From Schmidtea polychroa (taxonomy: Eukaryota): a stretch of DNA of 64,000 bases. Each line of letters opens with the position of its first letter. The first letter of the stretch is position 1. The stretch spans positions 56,296,001 through 56,360,000 of the forward strand of contig CM097887.1 of NCBI GenBank assembly GCA_044892525.1, given 5' to 3'. The position numbers and the translations under genes were made by a program. Below are positions 11,501 through 24,896 of this stretch, in pieces. The notes beneath the pieces were generated by a model. The model was not told the DNA's origin and made no database searches. It worked only from the letters and a program-made list of their open reading frames with translations.

Positions 11501-13022
11501 TTGAACTGTCTATCATTCTAGATTTTATAAAAATTATCATTGATATCTTATTGTTCGGAATTATTTTACTTTCTAAATGTTTGTTTGTTGGTTATAAGGA
11601 GAAACTTAAATTTATTAAATGGACTCCTCTGCTGCCGCCCCGCCCCCTCAACAAGTAATTCATATAATTTATTTTCGGTCACAAATACAGGCTGTTGTTT
11701 CTATGGCAATAGGTCAATTTAAGTTCAGCCTAAAATAGGTCATATAGAAAATTTCATAATTAAATCTAAGTGATTTCTAATTTTTATTCATATTTAAAAT
11801 TTAAGAATATGTATGTCACGTGTGCAATTAAATAGGCCAATCAAATTAATGCAATTATCAAGAATGATACGTTCATTGATACGATTAACATATAAATTTA
11901 TATTTGCGAAATATTTATTAAAACACACAAAATTATGCCTTGAAAAGGAATATATCCCATTTAGTTTTTGCTATAAACCATTTTTGCAAATGTATTGAAA
12001 TATCTTGTAAAAGCAAATGAATTTGTAATATTTGTTGAATACTTGCTATTTATTATGTATTTATAACAGATATTAATAATTTATTAATGTTCCATCGTTT
12101 GATTTTGTTTCAAATCAATCATCAATTTGGAATTAAATTAATTATTAATTAAGTAATTTTCTATATTTAACATGAGATTAAAAACAGACTTCTCCGCTGC
12201 CAAACAAATGGTTCCACACGTATCGATCATATCATCCACTAAAATCGCAACGCGATCTCGCACATCTCCAACAAGAACCATACGATCAACTTCGTTGGCT
12301 TTCTTTCTTTCTTTGTGAATTAAAGCAAAATCAACATTTAAATGATCAGCTATAGCTGTAACTCTAAGAAAATTTAAAAAGTTATATATTAATAAACTAT
12401 TAAGCCACCTTTTAGCACCCCCAGCATCAGGACTAACTATAGCACACCGATTCCAATCAGGTATATTATCTTTAATCCACCTAACAACAGCTGGTTCAGC
12501 ATAGAGATTATCTACAGGTATATCAAAAAATCCTTGAATTTGGCTAGCATGCAAATCCATTGTAATAATATGGTTAGCTCCCGCTACAGAAAGCATATTC
12601 GCAACTAATTTTGCTGAAATTGGAGCTCTAGATTTGTCCTAATTATATATATAATAATTAAAATTCCCTGAATTTCAGAACCTTTTTATCTTGTCTTGCA
12701 TATGGAAAACAGGGCATTACTGCTGTTATTCTACTAGCAGATGCATTTTTGCAAGCATTAATCATAATTAGCAGTTCCATCAAATTGTCATTAACCTCTC
12801 CACTTCCAGTCTGGATTATATAGACATCTTCTCCTCTGACTGACTCTCTGATTTCAACACTAAAATATGGTAAATAAAATATAAAAAATATAATTATTAC
12901 CATGTCTCTTCATTACTAAACTTTTTAGAAATTACGTCACCTAATTTTATTCCAATCCTTTCAGAAATCTTTTGAGCAAGACTGGTATTAGATGATCCAG
13001 CAAAAACTTTGATATTAGGCAT
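8559..13022 (-). CDS. PRPS1: Ribose-phosphate pyrophosphokinase, 6 exons: 13022-12901, 12859-12682, 12638-12409, 12363-12190, 8863-8704, 8651-8559
   Basis: The spliced product runs [11 protein letters not shown]...[25 protein letters not shown]...[11 protein letters not shown]...VSPDAGG...[10 protein letters not shown]...[21 protein letters not shown]. All introns are GT-AG and measure 41, 43, 45, 3326 and 52 nt. Confidence 0.95.
8946..9839 (-). mobile_element. Solo LTR (family S), inside PRPS intron 4
   Basis: Minus-strand TGTTGAGG start and ...AACA end, with a 4-bp TSD AAAT (8942-8945, 9840-9843). Homologous to 20748-21653, 36640-37497 and 59371-60365. Confidence 0.75.
9918..10936 (+). mobile_element. 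Penelope-like element fragment: RT flanked by inverted repeats
   Basis: [28 protein letters not shown] and YRKSTD are PLE-type RT motifs (10040-10504). Segment 9918-10000 is an inverted copy of 10830-10936. Confidence 0.75.
10872..10910 (+). ncRNA. Minimal type I hammerhead ribozyme (PLE-associated)
   Basis: CAC-CTGATGA-T-GACAG(GAAAA)CTGTC-GAAA-TATA-TC-GTG: complete catalytic core, 5-bp helix II, rudimentary palindromic helix III, AUC cleavage triplet. Confidence 0.7.
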
Positions 13023-15499
13023 TTAATTTTTATTATTATTAATAAAATTCGAATTTAAATTAAATTTTTATTAGATGCACTTTTTATTTCAAAATTTTAT
13101 CATACTTAATTCATTTAAACACATTGAGTAACAGTAACTATTAAATTAAATTTTCTTTATTTAAGTTATATAATTAAATACACAATCTGATAATTTAAAA
13201 TAAATAATGGAATTTTAAATAAATTAAAGTAGTAAATGATTAAACATAACTAATATAAGAAATTTTTGAGAATAAAGAAAGTCATCAGATATATAAAAGT
13301 TTCATATGACATGCAAGGTGGCCTTGAATGAAATTTGGTTCAAGAAATAATAATTTATTGCAATTTGTTATTTATTACGTTCAGAATAGTAATGAAAACA
13401 TTTCAATTAATAAAAAATAAAATTAACATTTCAAACAAAAAAGTTTATAATCATGACACATATTTTTATTTATTTATGATTGTTTACACAGAAATACTTA
13501 CATTATTATATCAATTCTACATACATGAATTTATCATTTTCTCACATGTTTTATTTTAAATTCATTAATAATGCCATCATAACTTAAACTAATTATATGT
13601 TTTACTTATGGTAATTTTATTCAAAAAATTGATAGAAATAATTTATTATTAACATTTTATTTAAAAATGGAAACGACAGTGGGCCTTGTGCGGTCACACC
13701 GTTTTTTGGGAAATAAAATCGAAAAATATTGGGATTTTTGTATTTAATAAAATATTCAATTATATATTTCAAATTATTTATTTTTACATTTATTGAAATA
13801 ACCTTTATTCTACTCAAACTGTCTATTGATTCGATAATCATGTTCTATATTTGGAAACAACAATTTTAAAAATGGAGAAGATCCTCGCATTTTGTGTTGA
13901 TATTTGTTTAATGCAAAATAGTGCATCTTTCAGCATTTCCAAATTTTCCATTATTTTCCATAATTCTTTATTAACATTTATTTCATTAGATAAGGAACGA
14001 AAATCATTTTCAATTGCTTTTACATCTTATCGAAACAATTTCTCTAATTGCTGATCAAAACTTAAACCCTGTTCAAGATCAGGACTATGGATATGATAAG
14101 TGTGGTGTAAAATATATGGAACAGTCGTTTTCAAAATGTTATAGTTATTATTATATAATCCGTTCGTTATACTTTTTATTTTATCTGAAGTATCACATTT
14201 TGAAGTAGTCTTTGTAAAAGCATATTCTAAAATTTCAACACATTGAAAAAATTTTAGTAAAGAGACAAGTGAAGCAAATCGGTGTTTTTATATCTGCTTC
14301 GTTAGAACCTCTCATAAATTATATATACATTACAAAATTCATTGATTTTGCTTTCAAAAGTCGAATCGTGTTATATTCTGTTTTTATATTAAAGTGCGTA
14401 CTATATTATCGTGCTAATGAGGGGTGAAAAAACTCTTTAAGGTTAGACAATTAGCAGCTGCAGGTATGATTTTTGGGATATTATGATTTTGAAACCAGTA
14501 TTTATACTTATTTTATATTATATAATATTAATAATTTCTCAAAATATTTATAATATTCGACTTTACTATTCTCTATTCAATATAAATGTTTATAATATAA
14601 CTTATATAATTTATTTATAATTATATTTTATTAATAATTTTGATAATTACTAATAGTTTATTAATGAAGTAACATGAGAATGAATTGAATAAGTATTTTA
14701 TTCGATATAAAATTTCCAGTGTGATTGCATTGTCGGTAAATTGCTGTGTCCATTTTTTTTCTTTTTTCGCATTTTAAAATCTTTTCTCTTTAACTATTTC
14801 TCTGAATTTAAACAAATGGTAAAAAACGGTATAATTAAATTGAATATAATACCATGTGTATGCACTACAATTAGTATTTTTTATTGTTACCTTTTGTTCT
14901 TATTTGTTCTTTAATGATACAGAATTAAAAAAAGATTTGCAATTAAAATATATTATTATAAGAATGTCCGATTGTAAATATATTACATAATATGATGCGA
15001 GATTAAAATAAAACTAAATGTATGATATACATGAGTAAATAATTAATAAATTATCACAATTATAAAAAGTTTAGTTTATGATAATTACAATGATAGTAAA
15101 TTTAGATGCACATGGGATATTTTTTGTTTAATTGATGTCACTCATTATTGAATTTTGATCTGAATTGGGAGTTGAGATTGGATTCTGAGATGAACTTTTA
15201 TTTACCTTTGCGTTGATTTACCCTGTATTTATTTATGTCCGTTCTATAGTTGTGAGTCAATATGAAAGTTTCCATGTGTTTCATCTCTATATTCAACATA
15301 ATCATCTATCGAAATTGCAATGATGTCGTCTATTTTCATGTATCATAATTCTATATAAACATATAGAAATATGTCATCAATTATTTCAAATATTTGTCAC
15401 ATTTTTTCTACACCAAATAGAACATCCAATAAAATTTTTCCATGGCTCTTCAATTCTGTACTATTACCACAACTAATCCGTATATTACTCCTAAGAACA

Positions 15500-17147
15500 G
15501 GTTGAATTTGAACAGTGGGTTATTGAACATAGAACCGCAAGTAGAAGCGTCTCTACGGTCTCTATTCGACTCAAAGCCCCTCTTGGTGATTCCGTTTTAT
15601 GAAAAACGTAATCTCTCCATCCTCAAAAGAACTATTATCTCACAGCAACTGCCAAAGGATTACGAAGGAAAGCTGGTCATTTTCCGCACCTACTGCAAGA
15701 ACAAGATCAATGAAAAGAAGATCCGGCCAGAACACATCACTAGCATGGCCGAGGTCCCCCTTACCTTTGATATCCCCGTAAACCGTACTATTGAAAAAAC
15801 AGGGACAAGTACGATATCTATATGTACTACAAGAAATGAGAAGTCATCTTTCACCGTAATTCTCGGTTGCCAGGCTAATGGCCAAAAACTACCACCAATA
15901 GTAATTTTCAAGAGGAAGGCTTTGCCAAAAGAAAAGTTTGCGGTTGGCGTCATTTTAAAGGCTAACTTAAAGGGCTGGATTGACGAGGAGAAGATGAGTG
16001 AGTGGCTGAACGAGGTTTACGTCAGGAGGCCGGATGGCTTTTTCCACAAATCTCCGTCTCTATTGATCTGTGACTCCATTCGGCCCATCTGACCGATGCC
16101 GTCAAAGCCCAAGTGAAGAAAACTAATTCTGTGCTTGTCATCATTCCGGGTGGATTAACGAAAGAACTCCAGCCACTAGATATTGGTGCCAATAGGTCGT
16201 TTAAAGTGAAATTGCGATCTGCGTGGGAGCATTGGATGAGAGAAGGTGAGCACACATTCACCAAGACAGGAAGACAACGCCGGGAAAGTTATGCCTCTAT
16301 CTGCCAGTGGATTGTGGATGCCTGGCCGAAGGTATCAGTCTCCAGTGTCATCCGAGCTTTCAGGAAGGCCGGAATCATCACCGACTAGCTAAGTAACAGC
16401 AACGAGNNNNNNNNNNNNNNNNNNNNNNNNNNNNNNNNNNNNNNNNNNNNNNNNNNNNNNNNNNNNNNNNNNNNNNNNNNNNNNNNNNNNNNNNNNNNNN
16501 NNNNNNNNNNNNNNNNNNNNNNNNNNNNNNNNNNNNNNNNNNNNNNNNNNNNNNNNNNNNNNNNNNNNNNNNNNNNNNNNNNNNNNNNNNNNNNNNNNNN
16601 NNNNNNNNNNNNNNNNNNNNNNNNNNNNNNNNNNNNNNNNNNNNNNNNNNNNNNNNNNNNNNNNNNNNNNNNNNNNNNNNNNNNNNNNNNNNNNNNNNNN
16701 NNNNNNNNNNNNNNNNNNNNNNNNNNNNNNNNNNNNNNNNNNNNNNNNNNNNNNNNNNNNNNNNNNNNNNNNNNNNNNNNNNNNNNNNNNNNNNNNNNNN
16801 NNNNNNNNNNNNNNNNNNNNNNNNNNNNNNNNNNNNNNNNNNNNTTTGATGCCGAAATGGCCCAACTATTAAACTCAGACACTGAAGATGAATAATTTGA
16901 TGGAATTTTGGTAGAGGAATAGAATAAACCAAAAAAGTAAGTGTATTGTTATGCATTTTATGTGTGTAACACTGAACAATGTTCCTTGTTACTGTGAGAG
17001 AGTTGAATAGTGTTGAATAAAGTTTGACTTATCGAAGTTTTGTGTCATTTAATGTGTGCGCCTTATGTATGAAAATAAAACCGTTGGCAGTCGATCAATG
17101 ATATTGCTCCTTATAACATGATGTGCTTTATGGTCCGAAAAATACGG
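15500..17147 (+). mobile_element. pogo-family (Passer/POGK-like) DNA transposon, 5'-truncated and frameshifted
   Basis: CENPB-type HTH remnant (EQWVIEHR...VSTVSIRLKA) and DDE_1 motifs (VPLTFD, GQKLPP, KGW, LLICDS, GGLTKELQPLD). Right TIR ...TGGTCCGAAAAATACGG followed by TA. Confidence 0.85.
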
Positions 17148-17289
17148 TATATAAATAAATTCTTCAAATAAATTTAGTTATTTTTAATTGGAGTCATAAC
17201 TGACCCTTTGTGCTTAATAACCTTATTTTTCTTATCACGTGCAATAGGGTTAAATAATATAACATGTAATGTCAATGTAAATCGTATGC

Positions 17290-17480
17290 TTGGCATCCTA
17301 TTTTACAGATAAGTACAAAAAAAGGAAATGCAATATACGCTATAAAAATGACAATAAAACGCAAAGAGAATTTAAAGAAGAAGATAAAGTTTTGATTAAA
17401 GTAAATGTTAGTTCTAAAAATGAAGATTGTTATTCAGGACGGTTCACATTTACAAATAAAAGACAACGGAAGTTAACAGA
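17290..17480 (+). pseudogene. Possible Gypsy integrase C-terminal remnant
   Basis: REFKEEDKVLIK...YSGRF resembles the FxxGDxVLV...xGPY tail seen at 31120-31230. Confidence 0.3.
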
Positions 17481-17910
17481 TTCTATTATATATTCATGAT
17501 TTCACTTATTAATACAACGATTTTAGTCTTTTAACTCCTTATGATATTTCATCTGAGTAAAGGACTAATAATGTATTTTTACGTGAGCATAAATCCTTTA
17601 AGGTAGTCCATAAACTCTAAGCCCGTCAAAGAATTTACAGCTTACGTGGCCGAACCCGCATTTTACCGACGACCACCTGCCTGTATCCTAGTACAAAAAT
17701 TACCTAGTACCATGTGCCAAGTGCTAAAATCAAGGTAATGATGTTGCGATTGGGATTTATTTAGCCTAGCATATCAAGTGTTTATCTACATTGAAACCAT
17801 GGATATTATTGATAAATGTAAAATGAAAATTCAATATGTGAAACTTCTTTAAATGTTAATATGCAGAAACTCAAAATGTTCGTACCATAAATTGTAGAAA
17901 TAATCTCACT

Positions 17911-18331
17911 CAAGCCCGTCGAGAGGGGGGTGGGCAGGTGGTGCAAATTCCCAGGGGCCGGTTTCGATTTGTTATGCATTTAAATAAAATATTACTGACA
18001 CTTAAGTTGACTTAACTACAATCAGTTTAAAGTTCAAGCATCTGAATTCCATCAAAATAAATTAAACGAACATCAACAAGTAGTTAGATCAACATCGGTA
18101 TCAATATTCAAAAATAAACTAAATAAAGTTTTGAGTTTTTTAATGATGGTTATTAACCATGATTATTGAAACTGAAACCATGCGTGTTATTTGTCTACTA
18201 TAGAACATATCCACGGGCCACTACGACAAATAAAGCGTCATTTGCTATTTTATGCGTTATACTATTAACAATTGTTTAGGGGCCCATGAAATGCTCTGCA
18301 CATAGGTCCGCAATTGCTGTCGGCGGGCCTG
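17911..18331. mobile_element. hAT-type MITE
   Basis: Imperfect 15-bp TIR (CAAGCCCGTCGAGAG / CTGTCGGCGGGCCTG) and GGGGCCC subterminal motifs. No clean TSD. Confidence 0.5.
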
Positions 18332-19310
18332 ATCACTGATAATGGAATTTCTGATAATGGAATTAATAAAATTGCTTTGTTTCGGCTTTTATTAGTTTTA
18401 TTTATTGAAGTATAAGGTTATATGAAATTTATAAATACAATCCAAATACCAGCTGATGCCTCATTGTAAATATCGTAATATTTAATTAGTAATTTTAAGA
18501 TCATTAACTATCTCTAACCCGTGATAAATCACGTGATGTACTGACACAACTTATGATACATGCTATCATGAGATTTTGGTTTGCACCCTTACTATACCGT
18601 TACGTGTCTTTAATAGTATTGCAATACGTAATATACCAATGTCAAAAAAGATTATGGGACAGTAATCATATGTAATGATTTATTAATAAAACAAAACTAT
18701 CAATAATTTTATTATTTAAAATATATAATTTTACTGTAACAAATTACTGATAATATATAAGTAATACATCAATAAAGATAAATTAAATAAAGCCACTACT
18801 TTTATATTAATATATGTTGATTATGAACGTACAAATGTACAGTACATACGTACAATGGTAATTATATAAGTTCATTATTACATTTCTTTATACAAGAAAA
18901 ATAAAAGTTCACACAAACTTCAAAATGTCTTAAAATGGATATTTACATGTCTAATTGTAAGCTTGCAAATAATCAACAATGACGCTTCCATAAAACACTG
19001 TAAAAAATTGACTAATTCAAACATTTCATTTCTCTGAACTTTGTTACAATTGTTTTATCAAATGGCGATTCAAACAAATCAATGAGAAGAATTAAGAGTT
19101 AACTTTAATCAGAAGTAAAGATAAGAAAATGTTACGCTATGAATGACTAAGAGATTCAAGATTCCAATATATAAAACCAACTAACCAATAAACGTGATAT
19201 TCGGTGGCAAAAATGCAACAGTCAAAGTAATTATTGATTTTTTGTAGAAAGTTTTATCCTTTTTATTAAGCAGTGAATCCAAAAATTCTTCAGCAGACTT
19301 TAACATTGAC

Positions 19311-19793
19311 TTGCCGGAAGTAAATTCAATAGAGTTCCATAAATCAAGTTGGAATATGTCTCCTTGGCCAAACACCTTTGGTGTTGATTTCTTAAAAGCG
19401 TACGAAATTGAAAAACTTAAAGAAACAAATGCAGCCAATCAAAATCCTTCCTCGTCAACATTTTCTGAATCGCAAAGCGCAATCACTGATGAATTTCGTA
19501 TTTTTTTTGATTCAATCAAATGTTTTGAAAAGGAAACGTTGCAAAATAATGAAACAGCAAACAGATTAGTGGCGAACACTCTTGAGAAAATTAATAATGA
19601 TAGGATCAATCCATTTGTAAATAATGATTTGTATATGGAAAAGCAAAAGAAAAACAAACCCCTAAATGAAAATGCAATTAAAATAATGGAAGCTTGGTAT
19701 ACGAATAACATCGACTTCCCGTACCCTTCAAATGCAATAAAAAAGAATATGGCCCAAGAAGGAAATATTGGCGTCACACAAGTATGGAATTAA
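19311..19793 (+). CDS. TALE-class homeobox protein (partial gene model)
   Basis: LNENAIKIMEAWYTNNIDFPYPSNAIKKNMAQEGNIGVTQ has the PYP insertion. The frame is probably interrupted by an intron (CAA|GTATGG) in helix 3. The downstream exon and true start were not found. Confidence 0.75.
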   Translation: MPEVNSIEFHKSSWNMSPWPNTFGVDFLKAYEIEKLKETNAANQNPSSSTFSESQSAITDEFRIFFDSIKCFEKETLQNNETANRLVANTLEKINNDRINPFVNNDLYMEKQKKNKPLNENAIKIMEAWYTNNIDFPYPSNAIKKNMAQEGNIGVTQVWN

Positions 19794-20148
19794 TTTAATT
19801 GAATAACAATTTTATATATTTTGGTTTTATTTATTAAAGAAACTGTCCCATTTACTATAAATAGGTTAAGCTGTTAATACCATTCAATTGATGCCTTTTA
19901 GGTAATACTTTATTTAATACATATAAAGGGTTAAAAAGTACATAAAACATTAATTTAAAAACAAATGAAATATCCTTACGTTCCTGAATATAAAACNNNN
20001 NNNNNNNNNNNNNNNNNNNNNNNNNNNNNNNNNNNNNNNNNNNNNNNNNNNNNNNNNNNNNNNNNNNNNNNNNNNNNNNNNNNNNNNNNNNNNNNNNNNN
20101 NNNNNNNNNNNNNNNNNNNNNNNNNNNNNNNNNNNNNNNNNNNNNNNN

Positions 20149-20662
20149 GCTCTATTTTATATATTAAATTTTTTAATCTTAATCCCATTTTTTAAAATTA
20201 ATCCCATATTCTAATAGCACGTGTTTCATATTTTTTCCATGCCAATCCTTAACGGAAAGTCGATTATTCTGACTCAAAGATCGTTTGCAAAATATTTTAA
20301 TGTATCAAAATATCCTTCAAGATCCACTATTTTTCGACTTGTATCAAAGTTTGAAACATCGGGATCTGTTATAAACCTTCCAAAGATAGGACGGCCAAGG
20401 TCTATCAGAATTTCAGATACGATTGAGTCCGTTGAGGATAGTGTTAGACTTCAACCACAAACATCAACAAGGAGACGATCTTCAGAACTTGGGATATCAA
20501 GAACGTCACTAAGAAGACTACTCAAAAATATAATATTTAAAAAATAATATTTTCAATATTTTAATTTTAATTTATTTTATTTTTAAAGCTGTTGGTGTCT
20601 ATATATGTTCTGTCGATAGTTATTAAAGAAATAAAATAGAGCGTTACTTTTGGCCCACCCTG
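20149..20662 (+). mobile_element. Internally deleted Tc1/mariner element (maT/rosa-like; HTH only)
   Basis: PSRSTIFRLVSKFETSGSV...GRPRS...STRRRSSELGISRTSLRRLL is a transposase N-terminus. Right TIR ...GCGTTACTTTTGGCCCACCCTG followed by TA. The left TIR is partly in the gap (GCTCTATTTTAT). Confidence 0.75.
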
Positions 20663-20747
20663 TATATATATTCGTTTCTTTTTAACATCCTCATACTTTG
20701 TGCAGTGCACAGTATGCACATTATAATGTACAAAATTTTCTTTCCTT

Positions 20748-21653
20748 TGTTGAGGATACAAATTTATAAATAAATAAATAGAATTACTTGGGGGGAGATC
20801 GTCATGACAAACAGTAAGATTTATGGGAACTCAGAAAAGAAAAGGGAAGCAAAAAGAAATGAGAAAGAGGAATGAAACAAAAGAAATCAAGCATGAAAAC
20901 GAAAAAAACAAAGGTCAGTACTAATTAATTAGTACAAAAAGGAAATGGAATTTCGAAATCGGGAAAATAGAAAAACAACAATATTCTTATCTCGATAGCT
21001 TGTCAGAGATAACGGGAACAAAACAAAATCAGGCCGGAGCCACAAAAGGGAAAATTAGAAAACATCTCGACAGCTGTCAAAGATAACTAAGTAGCAGGGA
21101 AAAGTTGGGAAATTATGTGGAAAGAAAAAATGGGAAATGGAAGATAAACTCATGTACCACAAAGTGACGAGGTTTACAACGAGGTAGCACAGCAGAAGCA
21201 GGGAGAACTATAGAGAGAACAATTTAGAAAATTAAGAGAACGTGGAAGAATTGTATTTGTGAACAGTTTGGAGAAACCATTGAGAGAACAATTTGGAAGA
21301 AAAATTTGGAAGAAAAATTTGAATAAAACTGAAGCATAGAAACTAAAGAGAAGCAGCCAGAGGTATGTAGTCGATAATAGAGTAAAGTTAGGCGAGTAAG
21401 CCAAGTCAAAATTAAAAAACAACCAGTTAAAATTACCAATTATTACACTCCTCAGTTGTGAGAGATCAAAGTTATACGAGTGTGCTATTCCTCGCCATAG
21501 TGTTGTAATAAGCACGCTACAATAGTTAGCTTGTTGAGTCAATTGTATCATTGTGAAAATATTTGTGATATTCAATAAAGTTTTCAGAGTTAACGGTTGC
21601 TTGTGGGTCAAAAGGAAGAATTTTAATTTTATCACCAACTCAATAACCCAACA
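20748..21653 (+). mobile_element. Solo LTR (family S)
   Basis: TGTTGAGG...CCCAACA with an exact 4-bp TSD CCTT on both sides, an A-rich U3-like half and AATAAA near the end. Confidence 0.85.
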
Positions 21654-21899
21654 CCTTTTTTGAAGCCTTTTTCAATCTTTCTCACTTGGGAACTGAGTCC
21701 TTTTGTACATTCTCCAAAAATAAAGTCTTAAAAATACAAAAAAAATTTTCATCATCCTTTAAGGATCTGAATAAAATATTTTCAAAAAAATATTTTTTTA
21801 ATAAAAAATAAAGTCAGGATTGAGAAGGTTAATCGAAAAACTTTATTTTAATATATTATTCCTATCCTAAAATATTATGACATCTAATATGCATTCGAT

Positions 21900-22920
21900 G
21901 CATTATGAGACCAGTATAAAGAGGAAAGTAATTTTATATGCAAAACAAAATGGAAACAGATTAACTGCAAGAAAGTTTGATGTTGAAGAGACAAATTTTC
22001 GACGATGGCTTAAATTTTAATTTTCAATTTAAAATATAATGTTCCATAGGCATACGAGAAGGAAAATACCCTCAGATAAATATTATTGTTTTACAATTTC
22101 TTAACGATGCCCGGTCTAAATAACCTCCTGTGACTCAACAAATGTTTCAATATAAAGCGAAAGAAGCAGAAAGATTTAACATCAATAATTTCAAAGAATT
22201 TATAGTTTGGTGTTATAAATTTATTTTAATTTATTTTCCTTAAGACGAAGAAGGACATCGATTTATCAAAATCTTCATATTGATTTTTAAGAAAAACTTA
22301 TGAACTATCAAATATGCAAAGAGATAAACTATGGGTACTTCCGTGTTATCTTACCCCCAAAATTAAATTAAAAAAGAACACATAATTATTATATTTATTT
22401 CCTAAATCACAGTTACAAACTCAGCAAATGTTTGTAAAGAGTTTGTAAATGGTCATGCAGGTGGCCAGAAAACCACAATGTCGTTGAGAATAGTGTCGAA
22501 TACATCGGCACTGTTGCTTAGAACACGCTTGCGCCACATAAACTCACATAATCACATAAATCACAGATAGCCTTAATAAATTCATGTTCAATAACGTCAT
22601 CAATAATGTATTCTCTCATTTTTTATATTGTTATTTTAATTGTATTTTATAATTTAATTTTTGGGGGTAAGATAACACGGAAGTACCAAACTATGAAATA
22701 TATAATATTAGTAATGCAGGTGAAACTCACATGTTTTGATGTCATGTAATTATTCAATTAACAGAAAAGGTCAAAAAGAGTAGAAAATATTGACAACAAA
22801 GAATAACGGTTATGCTATGCATTACTGCAGCTGATAGGAAAGTTAGTTTCAAAAAGTGAAATGTTTTCTAATGATGTTATTGTGAGTGCTCCTAAATGGA
22901 TTAATGACAAGTGAATTATT
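21900..22920 (+). pseudogene. Highly decayed pogo-like transposase
   Basis: IKRKVILYAKQNGNRLTARKFDVEETNFRRW (Brinker-like DNA-binding domain) and later NAGETHM and RITVMLCITA fragments. Interrupted by the Merlin MITE. Confidence 0.55.
22334..22687 (-). mobile_element. Merlin-derived MITE (354 bp)
   Basis: Near-perfect TIR of about 35 bp starting GGTACTTCCGTGTTATCTTACCCCCAAAA, and an exact 8-bp TSD AAACTATG. The internal minus strand encodes WRKRVLSNSADVFDTILNDIVVFWP, like a Merlin transposase C-terminus. Confidence 0.8.
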
Positions 22921-24118
22921 GGAAGATTGAATAAATAGCGTTTCGGATTAAATATTTAGAACCTTTCGAAATAATCCTAAGATTCTTGTTTTGTATTCGT
23001 TTAATGGACATCTTACAAATTCAGTAAAAACTAAATTCATAAAAAAGTGTTTACAAGTTAGTTCGCTCCAACCATTGGATCTAGACGTAAACAAAGCATG
23101 TAAAGTATAAATAAGAGTATGAAAAATGGCTATATTGTGATAAACATTCATTCATTAGTACGTGGAAAATCAAGAAAGCTTCTGGCACAAAAGTTGTAAA
23201 TGTATTTCTATTCCGTTAATTTCTAATACCGTTAAAAGCTAGTTATTGTATATCAAATAAACTGGATGGTACCGAATATGATTTTTGCTGGGGAAACAGT
23301 AGCCCTCCAACTGAATGTTCAACAATTAGTCTAACGGATAACATTTTTTTTGTCAAATGACAACAATGTTATTATTAAAATATTAATTGTTATAAACGTA
23401 TTCTTTTCTGTTTACTCACAAATTCTTTTGAATATTCAATGTGTCTTACAATTTTCAGTTAAACTTATTTTTGTAACTACATGAAAGAGCCTAAATTCCT
23501 TTAGCGGACAGTAGGAAAACATACAATGAAAGCCATGAAGTTTTTTTATTCTCTTTGATTCCAATGGAAAAATAAATTACTCGATAATCACTAAAGATAA
23601 TTCCACGTCTTCCACGTTTACATTTGTAAACAAACATCAAACAAAACAAAAATTTAATCAGTACGCATTTCACAATGTAATTCAAAAACCAAATTCAAAA
23701 TTATCTTTACATTTAAGGTTCTAATATTCCATCCAAAATTTAATTTGTTTTAAAATCAGAACTTGTCCAATCAAAATGGCCTTCATAAATTTCTGTTATT
23801 AGATAAATATATTTTATTATCACAGCTAATCATTTGCCTAATAACTAGGTCAATTCATGGTTTGCCAATCGTCGAAACCGAAGTGATAACACAAAACCAA
23901 AAAAGAATCGCAAGCAGCTCCAAGTCCGCCTATACAAATTTGCACAAGAACTTGAAATCAATTCAGAAGGGCGCCTAAAAGCATATGAAATCGCAACGAA
24001 AATGAATAGAATGATTGACGAATATCTTTCATAATTATTATTTATCGATTTATAATATTTAATATCGGTATTTAATAATTAATATTTAAAACCATAGTAA
24101 AATCAAAAATATATTTCA

Positions 24119-24896
24119 CTAATTAATTTCATTATCATCGCTACTACTAGTAGATATTTCAGATAATTTTTGATAAACGTATTCATCTCTGGTATCCATT
24201 CTAATTTTGCCTTCCATCATCCTATTTGTAATTAACCCTCCGTAAAAGAAATTCAATACTCCCAATGTCAGAAATGTATATTTTCCACGATTAATTGCTA
24301 ATTTGACGATGTCATAAAATTTATAATATTCCGTTAACTTTGGTACAGGATATGTTTTCTCGAGTTTTGCTGCTGGGACACAGATAAAAAATGATAGCAA
24401 TAAGGGAACAACAAATCCAAACGTTGCCTAATTTAATTAATAATAAATATCGTAACCAAAATGTAATAGTCATTTTAAATTTTACTTGTAAAACTGAACC
24501 CCGTAATTCCATACATAAGGGACACTTATATAATCCTTCAAGGATGGTAGATGTAATATATTTTTCACCAGCTATTCCATTAAGTATTACTGGGACTAAC
24601 ATTCCACCGAACAGAGTAGTAGGTAATTTTTGATTTTGAAGTTGAAGAAATCTTCTAATATTGAGTATTGTCAATGAACCACTTATTACCGTAAATGCAC
24701 ACATGAGATATGAGCCATTTCGTAGAGCCCATACATCTTCTTGGGGAACCCAATTTAGCATTCTCATTCTACGAATTAAAGAGACATCCAATACATTAAT
24801 TAACTTTCCATTATCTGGAACATCTTCATTTGCAAGTCGATTGACTATAAGACCAAACATTGGATGCATACTTCTTTCCCCCATATTGTCTTTCAT
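24119..24896 (-). CDS. TMEM126A: TMEM126-family mitochondrial membrane protein (exons 24896-24486, 24427-24119)
   Basis: A 58-nt GT-AG intron joins the two ORFs. Four hydrophobic segments and a CPLCMELRGSVLQ|ATFGFVVP...KTYPVP pattern fit invertebrate TMEM126. Confidence 0.65.

Noticed and set aside
13617-14460. Short AT-rich ORFs as a host gene or hAT relic
   Set aside because: No motif strong enough to support either call.
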